64,000 nucleotides of DNA, taken from Lama glama. Taxonomy: Eukaryota. Position numbers and translations under genes: made by a program. The notes beneath the pieces were generated by a model. It was not told the DNA's origin. It searched no databases and saw only the letters and a program-made list of their open reading frames with translations. This document shows positions 36,620 to 49,890 of this stretch, piece by piece; the stretch's first letter is position 1, and every line of letters starts with the position of its first letter. The stretch is from positions 107,696,001 through 107,760,000 of the forward strand of contig CM052817.1 of NCBI GenBank assembly GCA_028534125.1. The letters are read 5' to 3'.

Positions 36620-39425
36620 ACAATAGCTGTAAGAATAGCTTGGCAATTCATCTCCACAAAAAAAGGGCATAAAACTGAACAATATTGTCAAAAACAATCA
36701 TTTAAAGGCACTGGAAATTGACCAAAAGCAGATGACAATTTGAGAAGTATTAATTCCAAAAAACCAGTGAGAGCTTTGGGTAAGAACAGTAGGATTCTCT
36801 GTCCGTCTCCCTGGAACTGCTCACACTGCTAGCGCCTGCTTGAATGGCAAGAGCTCTGCTTTCACAGGGTGGGGCTGGGCGCAAAAATCTGTGGCTTTAT
36901 AGTCAAAGGGGGAAGATTGGCTCGATTTCAATTTAGGGTAGGAGGCAAAACGCCCTGCTTTGCTGATTAGCAGTGGTGATGAACTCAGTTGGGAATGGCC
37001 AGGAAATACATTCCAGCCAGACGTTTCATGGGGAGAATTCTGGAAACGAGGGAGCCACAGAAGTTCTGAGAAAAGCTATTCTCATGCCCACGGGCTGATT
37101 TAGACCCATGCTTGTATAGAAGAGGGCTAAGCGCCCAGCAAAACAAAAAAACAAGCAAACAAAAAGTAAGCCTGGAGAGACTTGAGAACCAGCTACAGCT
37201 TTGAATGCATTTCTCAAACCACAGGCAGCTAGATTGGCAGAGGGTAGAAACCTCATGTGTTTGAGCTGTTTGAACAAAACCTTTGCTCAAAGCATTAGCT
37301 GACCTCTTACGCAGATACACAAGGCAACACCTAGGAAGCCAGGTTGAAAAATAAACATAAGGATGGAAAACCTTAGCAGAGACATCTGGCTGTGTACCAC
37401 AGAGCAGGTAGATTCTACAGTTTAGATCCAGGCAAGAATAAAAACAAGAATGGCTCCAGACTTGCTGCTATAAATTATCTAAAATGTACACTGTCTAACA
37501 AAACTTCTAGACATACAGTGAAACAGCAAAGTGTGGCTCATTCATGTTCAGGAGCAGAAGCTGTCAGTAGAAACCGACTCTGAATGGGTCCATTGGCCAC
37601 ATTTAGCTAAGACTGAAACACAGCCATTATGAATATGTTCAAAGAATTAAAGGAAACACCTTGAAGAAGAAAAGTAAATCAAGGTGACAATGAGTCAGAT
37701 AATTTCTAGAGTCAATAATTACAGTAACTGGAAGGAGAGGATCAAGAGCAGACTTAAGACATCAGAAGAAGGAATCACTGTGAATGGGAGTTAGATCAGT
37801 AAAAAAAAAAATTAGCCAATAAACAATAGAAAAAAATTGAAGAACAACAAAGAGGCAATGCCAGGGGTTCCAACTATGAATCCCAGCTGTCTCCTTTCTC
37901 CAACTAGGAGACAGACAAAGAAACAGAAAAAAAGTATTTGAAGAAGTAATGGCTAAAACTTGCCAAATTTAATGAAAGATAGAATCCTGCAGATCTCAGA
38001 AGCTCATGAAAACTAAGTAAGATAAACACTTATTTTATTTTTATTTTCTTTATTTTAGGTAAAATTTTTCTTATTTTTAATATTTTCTTTATTTTTTTAT
38101 GATAAAAGAAAGAACAACACTTGTATACACTGTCAAACCACTGAAAGCCAAACCCAAAGAGAAGATCTTAAAAGCAGCAGAACAAAAATGATGTGTGATA
38201 CTACGATTAACAACTGACTTCTTCCAGGAAACAATGGAGACCAAGAGGCAGGATGGAATGACATATTCATAGTGTTGATGAAGAGAAATAAAGCTAATGA
38301 AGAATTAAACATTCTGTGTGTGTATTATACATAAAACTAAAAGTCAGCAGGGAATGTAACATGGTAAGCTAGTCATGCTTGCTCATCACAAAGGAAGGCA
38401 GTAAATCAGGAACAAAAAAGGTATAAGATGTAGAAAAAAAGAGCAAAATGTAAATCAAACGCTAACAATAATTGTCTTAAACATTAACCTAAACATTCCA
38501 GTCAAACTCCAGGGATTGCCAAAGTGAATAAGAAAGCTTTCTGTTAGAGAAATTACTTGTATTTGATGAAATACATAATTGAAAGTAAAAGATGATAACA
38601 AGACATTCTATTCAAACTGCCACTATAAATAACCTGAAGTAGCTATATTAATATCAAAATAAATTTTAAGACAGAAATATTGCTAGAGACAGAAAGGGAC
38701 ATTTCCTATTGATAAAAGTATCCAATACATCATGAAGATTTAGCAACTGTAAATGCACTTAAACGGAGTTCCTAAGTATATTAAGAAACATATGACATAA
38801 TCATGAGGGAAAGAGACAACTCAACAATTCTAGTTGGGGATTTCAGTACTCCTCTTGCCATAATTGACCAGGCCATCAGAGGGAAAAAAACAAAAAGGAT
38901 ACAGAGACTTGAATGACCCTATCACCCAACATGACCTGACACATAGATGGCTTTTCACTCAACAGCCGAATCCACATTTTCACTGCACATGGCTCATTCT
39001 CCAGAGTAGATCCTAGGCTAGGACATAAAAGAGTTTTTAATCATTTCAAATGGATTGAAATCATACTAGTATATTTGCCAACCACAACAGAACTGACTTG
39101 GAAATAAACAACAGAAAGAAGTCTGTGGTTAGAGGAAGATTTATAACTTAAAGCGCTTACAGCAGAAAGGAAGAAAGATCTAAAATCAATAATCTCAGCT
39201 TTCACTGTAAGAAGCTAGAAAAATCAGAGCAGCAAATCCAATGCCAATAAGAGGAAGATGGAAGCAATAAAATCAGGGTGGAAATCAACCAAAGAGAAGA
39301 GAGAAACGTGGAGAAAATCAATGAAACTAAAAGTTAGTGCTTTGTAAAGATCAACACAACCAATAGATATTTTGCTAGACTGATAAGAATAAAAGGGGGA
39401 GAGACGAAACTGAAGCAGAAAAAGG
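36620..39425 (+). mobile_element. Old L1M 5' region, ORF1 and ORF2 endonuclease remnant
   Basis: aagtatttgaagaagtaatggctaaaacttgccaaatttaatgaaag; gagaagatcttaaaagcagc; gttggggatttcagtactcctct; aaggaagaaagatctaaaatcaataatct. Confidence 0.85.
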
Positions 39426-40499
39426 AGAGTCAAATGTTAGATGTTGGCTTTGATCTCACCTCTGCTGGATACAGACAGCAAACGATGGGACTCCCAAGAC
39501 AATCTGGGAACCTGAGATTGGTTTCCGGTTTAACTTGGGACGCTAGGTGATGTTCTAACAGATATTCCCTGTGACGCAATGACGTGGAAGCAGTTGAAGG
39601 AGAGGGCTTGACACAGCCCCTGCCTCCTGCAGCAGCAAAGGGAGAAGAGCATCCAAACGTTCTCCACGCCACTAACAGAAATTGGGAACTTGGCTAAGAA
39701 ACACTTAGCAAGACGATCCTCTGGGTTTAATGAGAGACCCAAGAGGAATGTTTTAATTTGTTAGACTGCAAAGGCAGGAATATTACACTAATTGATCAAG
39801 TTCTACTTGTTTTCCAGGGAGCGCTGTGATTTAATAAGTGGATTATTTATCATTAGGCAAACAGATTCAAGCACAGACTCTTGGATCCTGGAGATGGGAT
39901 ACTGGCAAAGCCACCCAACCTCTTGGAAACTCTTCATCTATAACATAGTGTTAATCACTCTCTACTTGCACCGAATTCTACCAAACAATAAGGTTGCTTT
40001 GATGCATGAATGACATGAAATATGTGAAAGGTGCTTTGTAATTGTTCAAAGCCCTGCAAAATATTTCTCTCTCTATATTAACTGTTATCCATTTGTGGGC
40101 AAGGGGCCTTTTTCTAATTTTTCTACTTAACTTTTACTCTAGTGTGCAATTTTTGAAAGTCTTTCAAGCTATTACAAAAATGTATTGTTTTAGAGTTTTA
40201 GAGTTTCTTTGTGAAAAAACAAAAAAGCTGAGGGCTTGTTCAGTTTGTGAAGTCCTGTGATATTTTATTTTCTCCTAAGTTTCTGCTAGACCCAACCCAT
40301 GAGATGGAAGTCAACCCTTTTCTGAAACTTACAGTTGGTTTTTCCAGAGCTACCATGATGGACTCTCCATTTTCTCTTCAAAATGTTCTTCCAAGTAATT
40401 CATACTGAAATATAAATGTTTGAATGTAGCTTTGGGAGAGAGCTCTGCCAGGAATGTGGGTGAGATGGAGAGAGGGTTTGGGAATTAGTAGAGATCAAA

Positions 40500-40630
40500 G
40501 TTTTCACACCTACTTTATCCAACCCCCAGATATTCTGAGTCAGTAGTTCGGGATGGGGACTGGACATCTGTATTTTTAAATAGAGTCTTTTATAACATTG
40601 AAGGACACTCTTACTTAGAACCTCTCATCT
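40500..40630. mobile_element. MER5-like hAT fragment
   Basis: cccccagatattctgagtcagtagttcgggatgggg...atctgtatttttaa. Confidence 0.55.
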
Positions 40631-42731
40631 GAGGGATAAAGTATTCTAGACTGCCAGGCATCAATAGGTCAGTGCATGTGAGGGTCTGGAAGGGCATCCT
40701 GGCCTGCCTGGTATCCTTGAGACACACCACCGACCTCTTTGCTTACTGCCCATGTGACCCGTTAGCACACAGAGCTCCCTCTGACGTCTGAGGGGCTCTG
40801 AAATAACAGAGGCAGACCTGTTATCATTGAAAAAAATAGAAGCCTGTAGAGCAAAAGAAGTACAGCATGCCAAATTTTTTATTGTATGTTCTTTGTCTCC
40901 AACTGCATATTTATTTATCTTGGTAAAATTGCTAATGTTGACAAGCAGTCAACATAAGGAATATAATTCAAGGTGAGCTATATTTTCATCACTTGTTGAA
41001 TTATACTATAACCTGTTACTTCATTTTCAGAGTTAGATTCGACAGGTACATGGCTGAGCAACTTCGGTTCATGTTTATCATAACCTTAGGTCCTAAAAAG
41101 GTCTTTACCTTAACTAGTATTTTGTTCCTGAACAAATTATTGGAAATAGGAACACATTTAATTTATCGTAATTATCCTAAAGATGGGAAATTTGTGGAAA
41201 AGGAGGAACTATCTTTGAAAATATTTTAATTTCTTATAGGATTTGAAGATAACTCTTAGGAAAGAGTCACCGTATAAGTGATACATAGTTTTACCATGTA
41301 AATTAGCAGCCAAATGTGTCATATTTTCGTATTCTTCTATTGATGTAAAGTTCCTATGGTGTTAGAAAGCCACGGCTCTCAGCAGCTGAGTCTCTCAGCC
41401 ATGTGGATGTGACAGTTGATTTTGCCTGGAGGTGACAGCAGAAGTCATTGGCTTTGAGTAAAATATGATACTGTTTTTTAAGTCTCTAGAAGACCTAGGT
41501 TTGGGAAGCACCATTTATTAAATAAGGGTTTTTGCTTTAAAAAAAATTTAATAGTGTCAGTTATCCTTTATAGAACATATATTTATTAACTGGCTTCTCA
41601 GTGCCAGACGCTGTTCCAGATATTTTTACATCCATTATTTCAATAATTTCAGAGATGTGACGTGGTAGATTAAAAAAACTAACAGACAATGTTAGCCTCT
41701 CTTCTTTGGAAGTAATGCAATGTAGCATCATGAGGCTTGAGTCTAAGGAAACAGCTTCAACACCTCCTGTTTTAAAATGACAGGCCCAGTCATATTCCTT
41801 CTCAGAAACATCACCAAAATTGTTGTGTTGTTGGTCTGGGAGGCAATGAGGAAAGGAGGTGAAGAGAGGACAGAATTAGTCTATTTTCTTATTATGGACC
41901 TTCTATTCTGTGCGATATGATGTCACCAGGAATGACTTAAAATATCCCAAGTCTGTCGGAGAGTTGGGAGGGACAGTTTTGCCATGTTGTGAGGAAACGG
42001 GGTCCCATTCCAGGTCACAGATGCCTGGAATGTGAATGTGTTGGGTGACCTTCAAGTTCCCTGCTCCCAGTGTAGTTTAAAGCAGGTACCATGAGATCTT
42101 CTCGGGGTTGGGGCTCAGGGTGGGATTCTTTTAAAGTCCCGTACGAGGTCTCTGTGATGCATTTAGTGCTAGGGTATTGGGGGAAAGTTTTTTCTGAACA
42201 TATATATTTTTTAACTTATAGTAGAATGACACATAATATGTCAAAACTCTTAAAATTCCTGCTTTCTTCCTCAGAGCCAAAACCTCAGAGTATCATTGCA
42301 AAACTTCCTCTGGAATCCCAGGGCCCTTGGTGGGTTGATTCATAGAACATTCTCAATGAGGGAGGAAACCCTTTCCCAGGAGCCGGTGTGGGAACCGGAG
42401 TCAGGAAAGTCTGGTCTGGACTTGATGTCTGTTCTTACTCACTTTTCTGAGATTGAAAAAAGAAAAAAGCCTACTTAGATACTAATAGATACTAAGAAAA
42501 AACAAAAAACCACACTCCTTTGCTCCCTCGTGCATCATAAATGAAAGGTCTAATATAAAGAAGACACTTTAGTAATAGAGCATTTGGCCCAAACGTCAAC
42601 TTGAGAATTAAAATATAATGCGTTTTAAAATTTAATCTCTGATAATGTAACAGAGGTCTCAAGAGGTTAAATACATTATTCCAAATTACCTATTTGGAAT
42701 AGCTAAATACATACCTAGCCAATTGCATTCT

Positions 42732-42994
42732 TTTTTTAAAATGTATTTTTATTGAAGTCTAGTCAGTTTACAATGTTGTGTCAATTTCTGGCATATAGCA
42801 CAATGCTTCAGTCCTACATGAACATACATATATTCATTTTCATATTATTTTTCACCATAAATTACTACAGGATATTGAATCTAGTTTGCTGTGCTATACA
42901 GTATGAACTTGTTGTTTATCTAGAAGGGATCAATTGGAATTTTGAGATTTGCAGATACTAATGTATGTAGAATGAATAAACAACAAGCTCATAC
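42732..42994 (-). mobile_element. 5'-inverted young L1 insertion with breakpoint duplication and 8-bp TSD
   Basis: Antisense tail 42732-42921, sense piece 42922-42996; TSD tgcattct at 42724-42731 and 42995-43002. Confidence 0.9.
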
Positions 42995-43539
42995 TGCATT
43001 CTAATTTTTGAGAATGATTTAGAGTTTGAACAGTCTTCTTTTCGGATTTTCACAACTGTATGACAGTGTTTGTGTGCGGTGCCCAATTTCTTCTGTCGTT
43101 CTGAGCCTTGTGCTGAAAGGCGGGGTTTATGTCCTTCTCTGAAAGAGCAGAATGCAGGTCTCTGTCTTCCTTGTCTAGTCACCCTCACAGTACAAGATCC
43201 ATGATCTTTCCAAAACACACACCAAATATCCCCTTTCTATATTTTTAGTTTGAGCTAAATTGTTGTAAAATTAGAGAGAAGGTTCAGACTAATATCCAGA
43301 GTGTCTTTATTTCTCCCAAGTTGACTAGCTTTTATGTGCAAAAGCATACTTGTGTGATTTGATACGTTGCTCTATTTTAATCATCAACTCACAGCACTTG
43401 TTCATCAATATGTTGATCTTTCTGTTGCCCGAGAGCAGGTCCAATTAGATCTGAGTAAAGGTGTCTTAAAACACTGAACTGAGGGATAGCACGCATGCAG
43501 ACATAAAGAAGAGAACTCAGTCACTTTACTCTTCTACAG

Positions 43540-43830
43540 TCACTCCAGGGCGTGGTTTATGTAGTAATTAAGTAAGAGTGGAAGTAAACACTGAAAAAGT
43601 TTGACATGGATGCAGGGGTCAGATTGTCTACCACTTAGGGATAGGGTCACAGGGCTCTGTTTTTTCAAGCTTTCTACCTGCAAATGACACCCACTCCTCC
43701 ACTCCCACGTCATCGGCTGACACAAATCACATGACTGTGGCCAACTTCAAGGGGCCATGAAGCCCCGTTTTACCGCATAACTGAGGAGGGAGAGCAGAAA
43801 TGATGCTGGGATACTGGTGTCAAATACCGA
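43540..43830 (-). mobile_element. Old MLT1-like LTR remnant
   Basis: ctcccacgtcatcggctgacacaaatcacatgactgtggccaacttcaagggg resembles MLT1I/J/K. Confidence 0.45.
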
Positions 43831-45934
43831 GGTTCTATTCTCCATCCTGAGTAAAAATATACCTCCTCCTTTTTGTGGGGAAATAGAACTCCCCAGATTT
43901 CTCAGTGCCCCTGTGCAAAGCTGCAGCCTTCTGAGACAAGGAAGCGTACAGGACGTAAAGATAGGCAATGTTTGGTTTTTTTTTCCTGGAAGCCTTTTAC
44001 CCTGCATGTATTAGGAGAATCAGACCTGTGGCAATTTGGACTCTGTCCCTAGGTTAAGTCCCAAGGTGCCAGAAAGACTGGAAAACTCTCCTCCCAGCTG
44101 TTTACATTCCAAATCCTATGAAACCCAGAACTTGGCAGCTTCTCTTGGTCCCAGAAGCAGGAGACATTCAGTGTTTATCTGGCCCTTGGAAAGATGCATT
44201 TGCATTCCAGAAGTTCAGGGTGAGAATCCAGGATTCTTGCCATTACTTCCCAAAAGAGCAAAAGTTATTATTCTTTCTTAATCCTCTCTTTTCAAAAGGG
44301 TCGGCAGATAGCTGTCTATCTACTGGACGCAGAGAAAATGCACTATTTCCCGTTCCTTTGGAGTTGTAGAAGTTTGCGCAGGTAGGACATTTTCCCTGAC
44401 TTTCCTTCAGTCACCTTTGGGGTAAGAATCCAGCTGTGAGGGACCACAATGGCATTATTTGCTTTTTAAGTGAAAAATAATTGTCTGTCTTGGATACAGA
44501 ATGCCTCCTTCTCATTTGCACATTCAGGATAAAATTTATATAAAGATCAATATTAAAAATCCAACACTTCTCTAAGGGACCCCAGCCAGACCCAGACACA
44601 GCATCAAGCTCCAGCCCCTGGTGAGTGCCTGGTCTCCACCTCCCAGGGTGATGCGGGAGTGCGGGGGTTTCTCCATGAAGTCCAGGTGTGGCCCATCTTG
44701 ACCTGGAGATTTACAATGGTGATAGCTATTTGCCTGGATAAACTCAGTCTGCAATGACCCATCAGGTTCAGGATAAGCACAATGAACACTCTGGGTGGGG
44801 AAGGAGGGGAACGGGGGTCCCATGGCCAAGCTGTCCATCCATTGGTGACATCCTGCTGGACCACAAATCCAGCGCCCTCAACCCTCCCACCCCTCACTCA
44901 CCCACGTTCTGTGGTCTGAATGTTAATGCCTGCCTCCCCTATGTATCTATGTGCACTCCGGACAGCGAGCTCTCTGTAGGATAGACTTTCACGCCTCTGC
45001 AGCTGGAGCCTTCCCCATCCATTGCTGGATCTACTTAACAGTTAATTAAATATGAATATGTGTGATTAAAGCTCAGTGAGGAACTAACTACTCAGCAAAA
45101 CTTACCCCGAGCAAAGATTCACAGCCGGGATGATGGACCCATGCAATCTCCCACCTTCTCAACAATGTCTCATTTTTCACCCTTTGAATCTTTCTAATGG
45201 CATTATACTGCCTGAAATTTACTTCTGGCATTATGGGTAAAATTTTTAGTATTAGTAATAAAAATCCAATAATTCTGGTCCCTACGTACATGGAAAATGA
45301 AACACATTTCTCATACACTCTTAAAGAGTCACGTGAAAAAATGAGGCTGAAATAAATCAAACACACAGCCAGGTTGAACAGAAATACAAGTCTGGGAAAT
45401 CAATTCAGAAAACTGAAATCAAGTCTTTTTTTGATTGAAAACTCTAAATTGAGGAATAGTGCTACTCACCTCAAATTTTCTTTTGTATGAAGAATTTAAT
45501 GAACTTGTACACTCAGTGGGTATATATATATATATATATATATTTGAATAGTATCTCAATAATTACACCATGTGTATTCATAAAAGGCTCTAATGCTTCT
45601 TGCTTGATACAGTGTTACTCAAAGAATTTCTGTTGGAACTCAGATGAAATGTTTTCTGATAAGACAACAAATGTCATATTTAAAATTAACCTTAAATAAA
45701 AATAGAAGGTGTGAACATGAAAGTCACATGGAATTTATTCTTCTCTCCTCCCCTTATCTGTCTTTTAAACTTCCTCCTTTCTGTCCTTCCTTGCATTTGT
45801 TTATGGAAGAGACAAATTTTATTCTAACACATTCATGCTCTCAACATATAGTCATTGAATGCCTACTACACAGTATTTCTATTCTGTAATATTCTGAGGT
45901 TTGGCAAAATATTTTATATGTATTGAATTTAAAA

Positions 45935-47130
45935 ACTTTTTTTTTGAGTTTGTAGTGCCTTTGTGAAGTTTAAAAATCCAAGTGACATATACAAAGAGAT
46001 GCAGTTAGATATCTAGTCATTGTCCCTGTCCCTGGCCACCCTGAGTCGACTGAATTCCCTTAGGGAACCAGGTTTTTTGTGTTCCTGTGTAAACTTCCAG
46101 TGTTCATGTAAATACAGGCAAATGTAAATATATATCATTACCTTCCTAAACAAATGGTGTGACACTGTTATGTACGTTGACTATGTGTTGTGTCTGCTTG
46201 TTTGTGTTGTTGTATTTTGTTTTTGTTTTATTCACTTAACTATGTATCCGGGAGAATTTTCCATATCAAGGTATAAAAAAGTCTTCAATTTTTTTTCTTT
46301 TTTCAGTTTTATTAAGTAGAATTATTATAGTTTGACTGCACATATACATTATATTGCATGTAAAAACGTCTTCAACTGAAAAAAAATTACATATGTAACA
46401 ACACCATAGTCTGTTTAATCCAGTCCCCTTTAGATGGACATGACTAATTGTCACTGGTTCATTTGCTGACGGAAAAGTACTGCAAGAAAATAACTGTCTG
46501 CATAAAAATCATTTAGGTGCTTCTGCAGGGTAATTTCCCGTAAGGATATTTGCCGGATAAAAGCTTTTTAATTTTGTTCAGCTTTATCAAATTGCTCTCT
46601 GTATAGGCTGTGGTATTTTGTAACCCCACCAGAAATGAATGCAAATGTTGTTTTTTTCATACAACTTCACCAACAGAGTATATTGTCAAACATTTTGAAT
46701 TTTGACCAGTATTAATACAGGCAAAACATTGTATTTTATTAGGGTTTATTTTTCGTGAATGAGGTTGCACATTTTTTATTTCTCAGGGAATATTTTTATT
46801 TGATTGTCAAAGAATCATGCGCGTCTTTGCTTATTTTTCTATTGAGTTGCTGGCTTTTGTCTGAATTCCTAGGTATTAGTGTATTGGGAAGATTACAGAT
46901 TGCCTGCAACAAAGTTTCTTCATATTTTTAAGTTGGACACTTGTCTTTCTTTTGATCACTTTGTGATTAGTTTTTTCTTATAATGGCATTTAAAAGAAAC
47001 TCCCTGATAATTTTATCACTTACTTTAATGATTTCTACACTTTACGTGAGGGTTAGAAAAGTTTCCTTCTCCACACTAATGTTATAAAAAATAATGCATC
47101 TGTGTTTATTTTTCATACCTTTATTTCCCT
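45935..47130 (-). mobile_element. Very old L1ME-type 3' region
   Basis: ttattcacttaac...gtttaatccagtcccctttagatggaca...tattgtcaaacattttgaattttgacca...gaatgaggttgcacatttt. Confidence 0.7.
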
Positions 47131-47899
47131 TTTCTTAACATAGTTGCAATATCATGCAGATGTGAACTGGAGGATTTCCAGACAGTGTTTTAGTTTAACC
47201 ACAATTTGTAAAAAGCCAAAGGTCAAGAACTGTCTTGCTGTCAAAGGGCAGATTCTGGACGTGGCATTCCTGATACAATGTCACGTTTGTAATTTCAACA
47301 CCAGATCTTACTTCATGAACGTCTTCCCGCCCTCTGCAGAAATTTACAAAAAATGTAGCAATTCTTTTGTTATTCCCTGAAAATGAACATAATAGCCCAG
47401 GCTGATGAAGTTACTGCCATAGGGCCCTATTGATAGAGAATGTGACTCCTGTCCATGTAGGGTCACATTCCTTCCATTCCAAAGACATGTGTGGCCCTCC
47501 TTCCCCACAAAAGAGAGCTTTTCCACAGTTGCTCACATTTCATTGTATTTGTGTAAGTGGGCACATCTATTATGCACAGTGAGGGCTCAGGAAGACGGGC
47601 TGTCAGGGAAAAATGAAGCCCCCAGATGCCATACAAGATGTATGTGCTCTCCTCCAGCTGGAGACACAAGCCCAGAAAGTCTGCCCAGAGGTCACCGGGA
47701 ATGAAGAAAGCAAAAAATGTCCTTCAAATGTTTTCTCGATGTCGAAAATTGTGTGTATTTAGGATTTTTGGAGAGTTATTATTGCCCAGTTGAAGCAACC
47801 TTATTTGTTTTTGAAAAACTAATGAAGAATTTAAAATTACGTAAGAAAACAATGTTAAAACCTTGTGCTTATAAATGAATAATAATCATTAAAAGTGTT

Positions 47900-48660
47900 C
47901 TGGTTACTCAATATAAAAATAGCGAAAAAACTTAGAGGTAGAATTCACAAAAGGGAAATACATCTGGCCTATAATCATAAAAATTCTAAGATAACCTTGA
48001 AATGGTGTATCATGTCTCTGTATAATACTGTTGAAGTTATTTTTTCAAAAGGAAATATCCAGTGATGGTGGAGGTACAGTAGAAAGGGCTTTAGATGGAC
48101 TGCCAACACAATGTGACCCCTTTGTGAAGAGATTTGGGTATGAATGTAATGGCAAAATACTGTGACCTAATAAAGCACTACTTATAGCCAAAGGAAATAC
48201 TCTGAGATTAGTACAAATTTTTATATACAAGTATGGTCATTGAAATATTATTTATGACAAAGACGAAATTCAGCCCTCTTCCTGGCCACAAATGAAATGT
48301 CCAAACATAGGGTTAAAAGTTAAATAAATTGTGGTATATTGATAATATGGAAGATCACGTTCAATCACATAAAATTAGTATTTTTGAAGGAAATCTAATA
48401 GCATGGAAAAATGCAGCATAGCACCATGCAAAATGAAAGCTAGAAGTGTATCTCTATTTGCATGTTTATCTGTGTATACAGACACAAGGCATAAAGCAGT
48501 GTTTTAGAGAACACATTCTCTCACACACATAAAAACTTACATTATTGGAAGTAAAGCTCCAGGAGGTTAACAGTAGATATTATTACCTGATAGGATTATA
48601 TAATTTACATTTCCTCTTTATATTTTCAGTGTTTTCCACAGTTTCCTCTATTAGGTATAT
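47900..48660 (+). mobile_element. Very old L1ME-type 3' region
   Basis: aaatgtccaaacataggg...ttaaataaattgtggtatat...aatagcatggaaaaatgc. Confidence 0.6.
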
Positions 48661-49204
48661 ATAAGTAAAATTTCTAACTGAAAAATTTTACTGGGGGTGG
48701 TTATTATATTTCTTCTTGTCTCTAACTTGCGTCCATCACCAATCATTTTTGCAGGATTATCAGGCAAACCAACAGTCACTTTACTGCACTCAGTTTTATA
48801 ATACAGAGTTTCAGGGGTCAGTCCCAGAGTCACACAAAATTTTCAAAGCTAAAATAAATATATGCTCTTGCAAGAATGATAGTAAAGATGCGTATTTATT
48901 TATGTCCCTCCATTTTAACACTTAGCAGGTGTTATTTCTGACAGATTTGTGTTATTTCACCTTTTTTTTTCCTCAAAAAAAAAAAATCCCTGAGCCCTGA
49001 CTGGGACTCATTAATAGAGAACTTTAAGTCAACCACATTATAATTACAAGACAGAGGCATATTTTCTTAGGTACATGGACGATTATGCAAAAATGAGCAG
49101 TAATTCAAAAACAGCATTATCACATAAGTATTGAAAGGCACTATGCCTTTAAATCTGGCATCTGGGAACTTTCCAACTTAAAGACATCTTTAAATTCTTA
49201 AATT

Positions 49205-49684
49205 TTAAAATTTACTTTTACTGAAATATTGTTGATTTACAATGTTTCGGGGGTGTAGCAAAGTGATTCAGTTATATATACATATAAATATATATATTCA
49301 GATTCTTCTGCATTATAGCTTATTACAAAATATTAAATGCCTATACAGTAGGTCCTTGTTTATATATTTTATGTACAGTGGTCTGCATGTGCTAGTTCCA
49401 AACTTCTAATTTATCCCTTCTCCCTCTTTCTCCTTTGGTAACTGTAAGTTTGTTTTCTGTGTCTGTGAGTCTGTTTCTGTTTTGTAAATAAGTTCATTTG
49501 TATCATTTTTTAGATTCCACATATGAGTAATATCACATAGTATTTGTCTTTCTCTTTCTTTCTTCACTTAGTATGACAATCTCCAAGTCCATTCGTGTTG
49601 CTGTAAATAGTATTATTTCCTTCTTTTTTATGGCTAATATTCCATTTTATACAAAACACACACACACACACACATATGCGCGTG

Positions 49685-49716
<32 letters not shown>

Positions 49717-49890
49717 TACCGCATTTTCCTAAGCCAATTGTCTACTGATGGACATTTAGGCTGCTTCTATGTAAGTAGTGCTGCTGTGAACACTGGGGTT
49801 CATGTATCTTTTCAAATTAGAGTTTTCATCTTTTCTGGATATAGGCCCAGGAGTGAGATTGCTGGATCTTATGGCAGCTCTATTTTTTAG
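49205..49890 (-). mobile_element. LINE-1 3' end (cetartiodactyl-type) with internal (CA)n/(TA)n
   Basis: gttgatttacaatgttt...aaagtgattcagttata...ttagattccacatatgagt...aggagtgagattgctggatc; homologous to 4550-5170. Confidence 0.92.
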
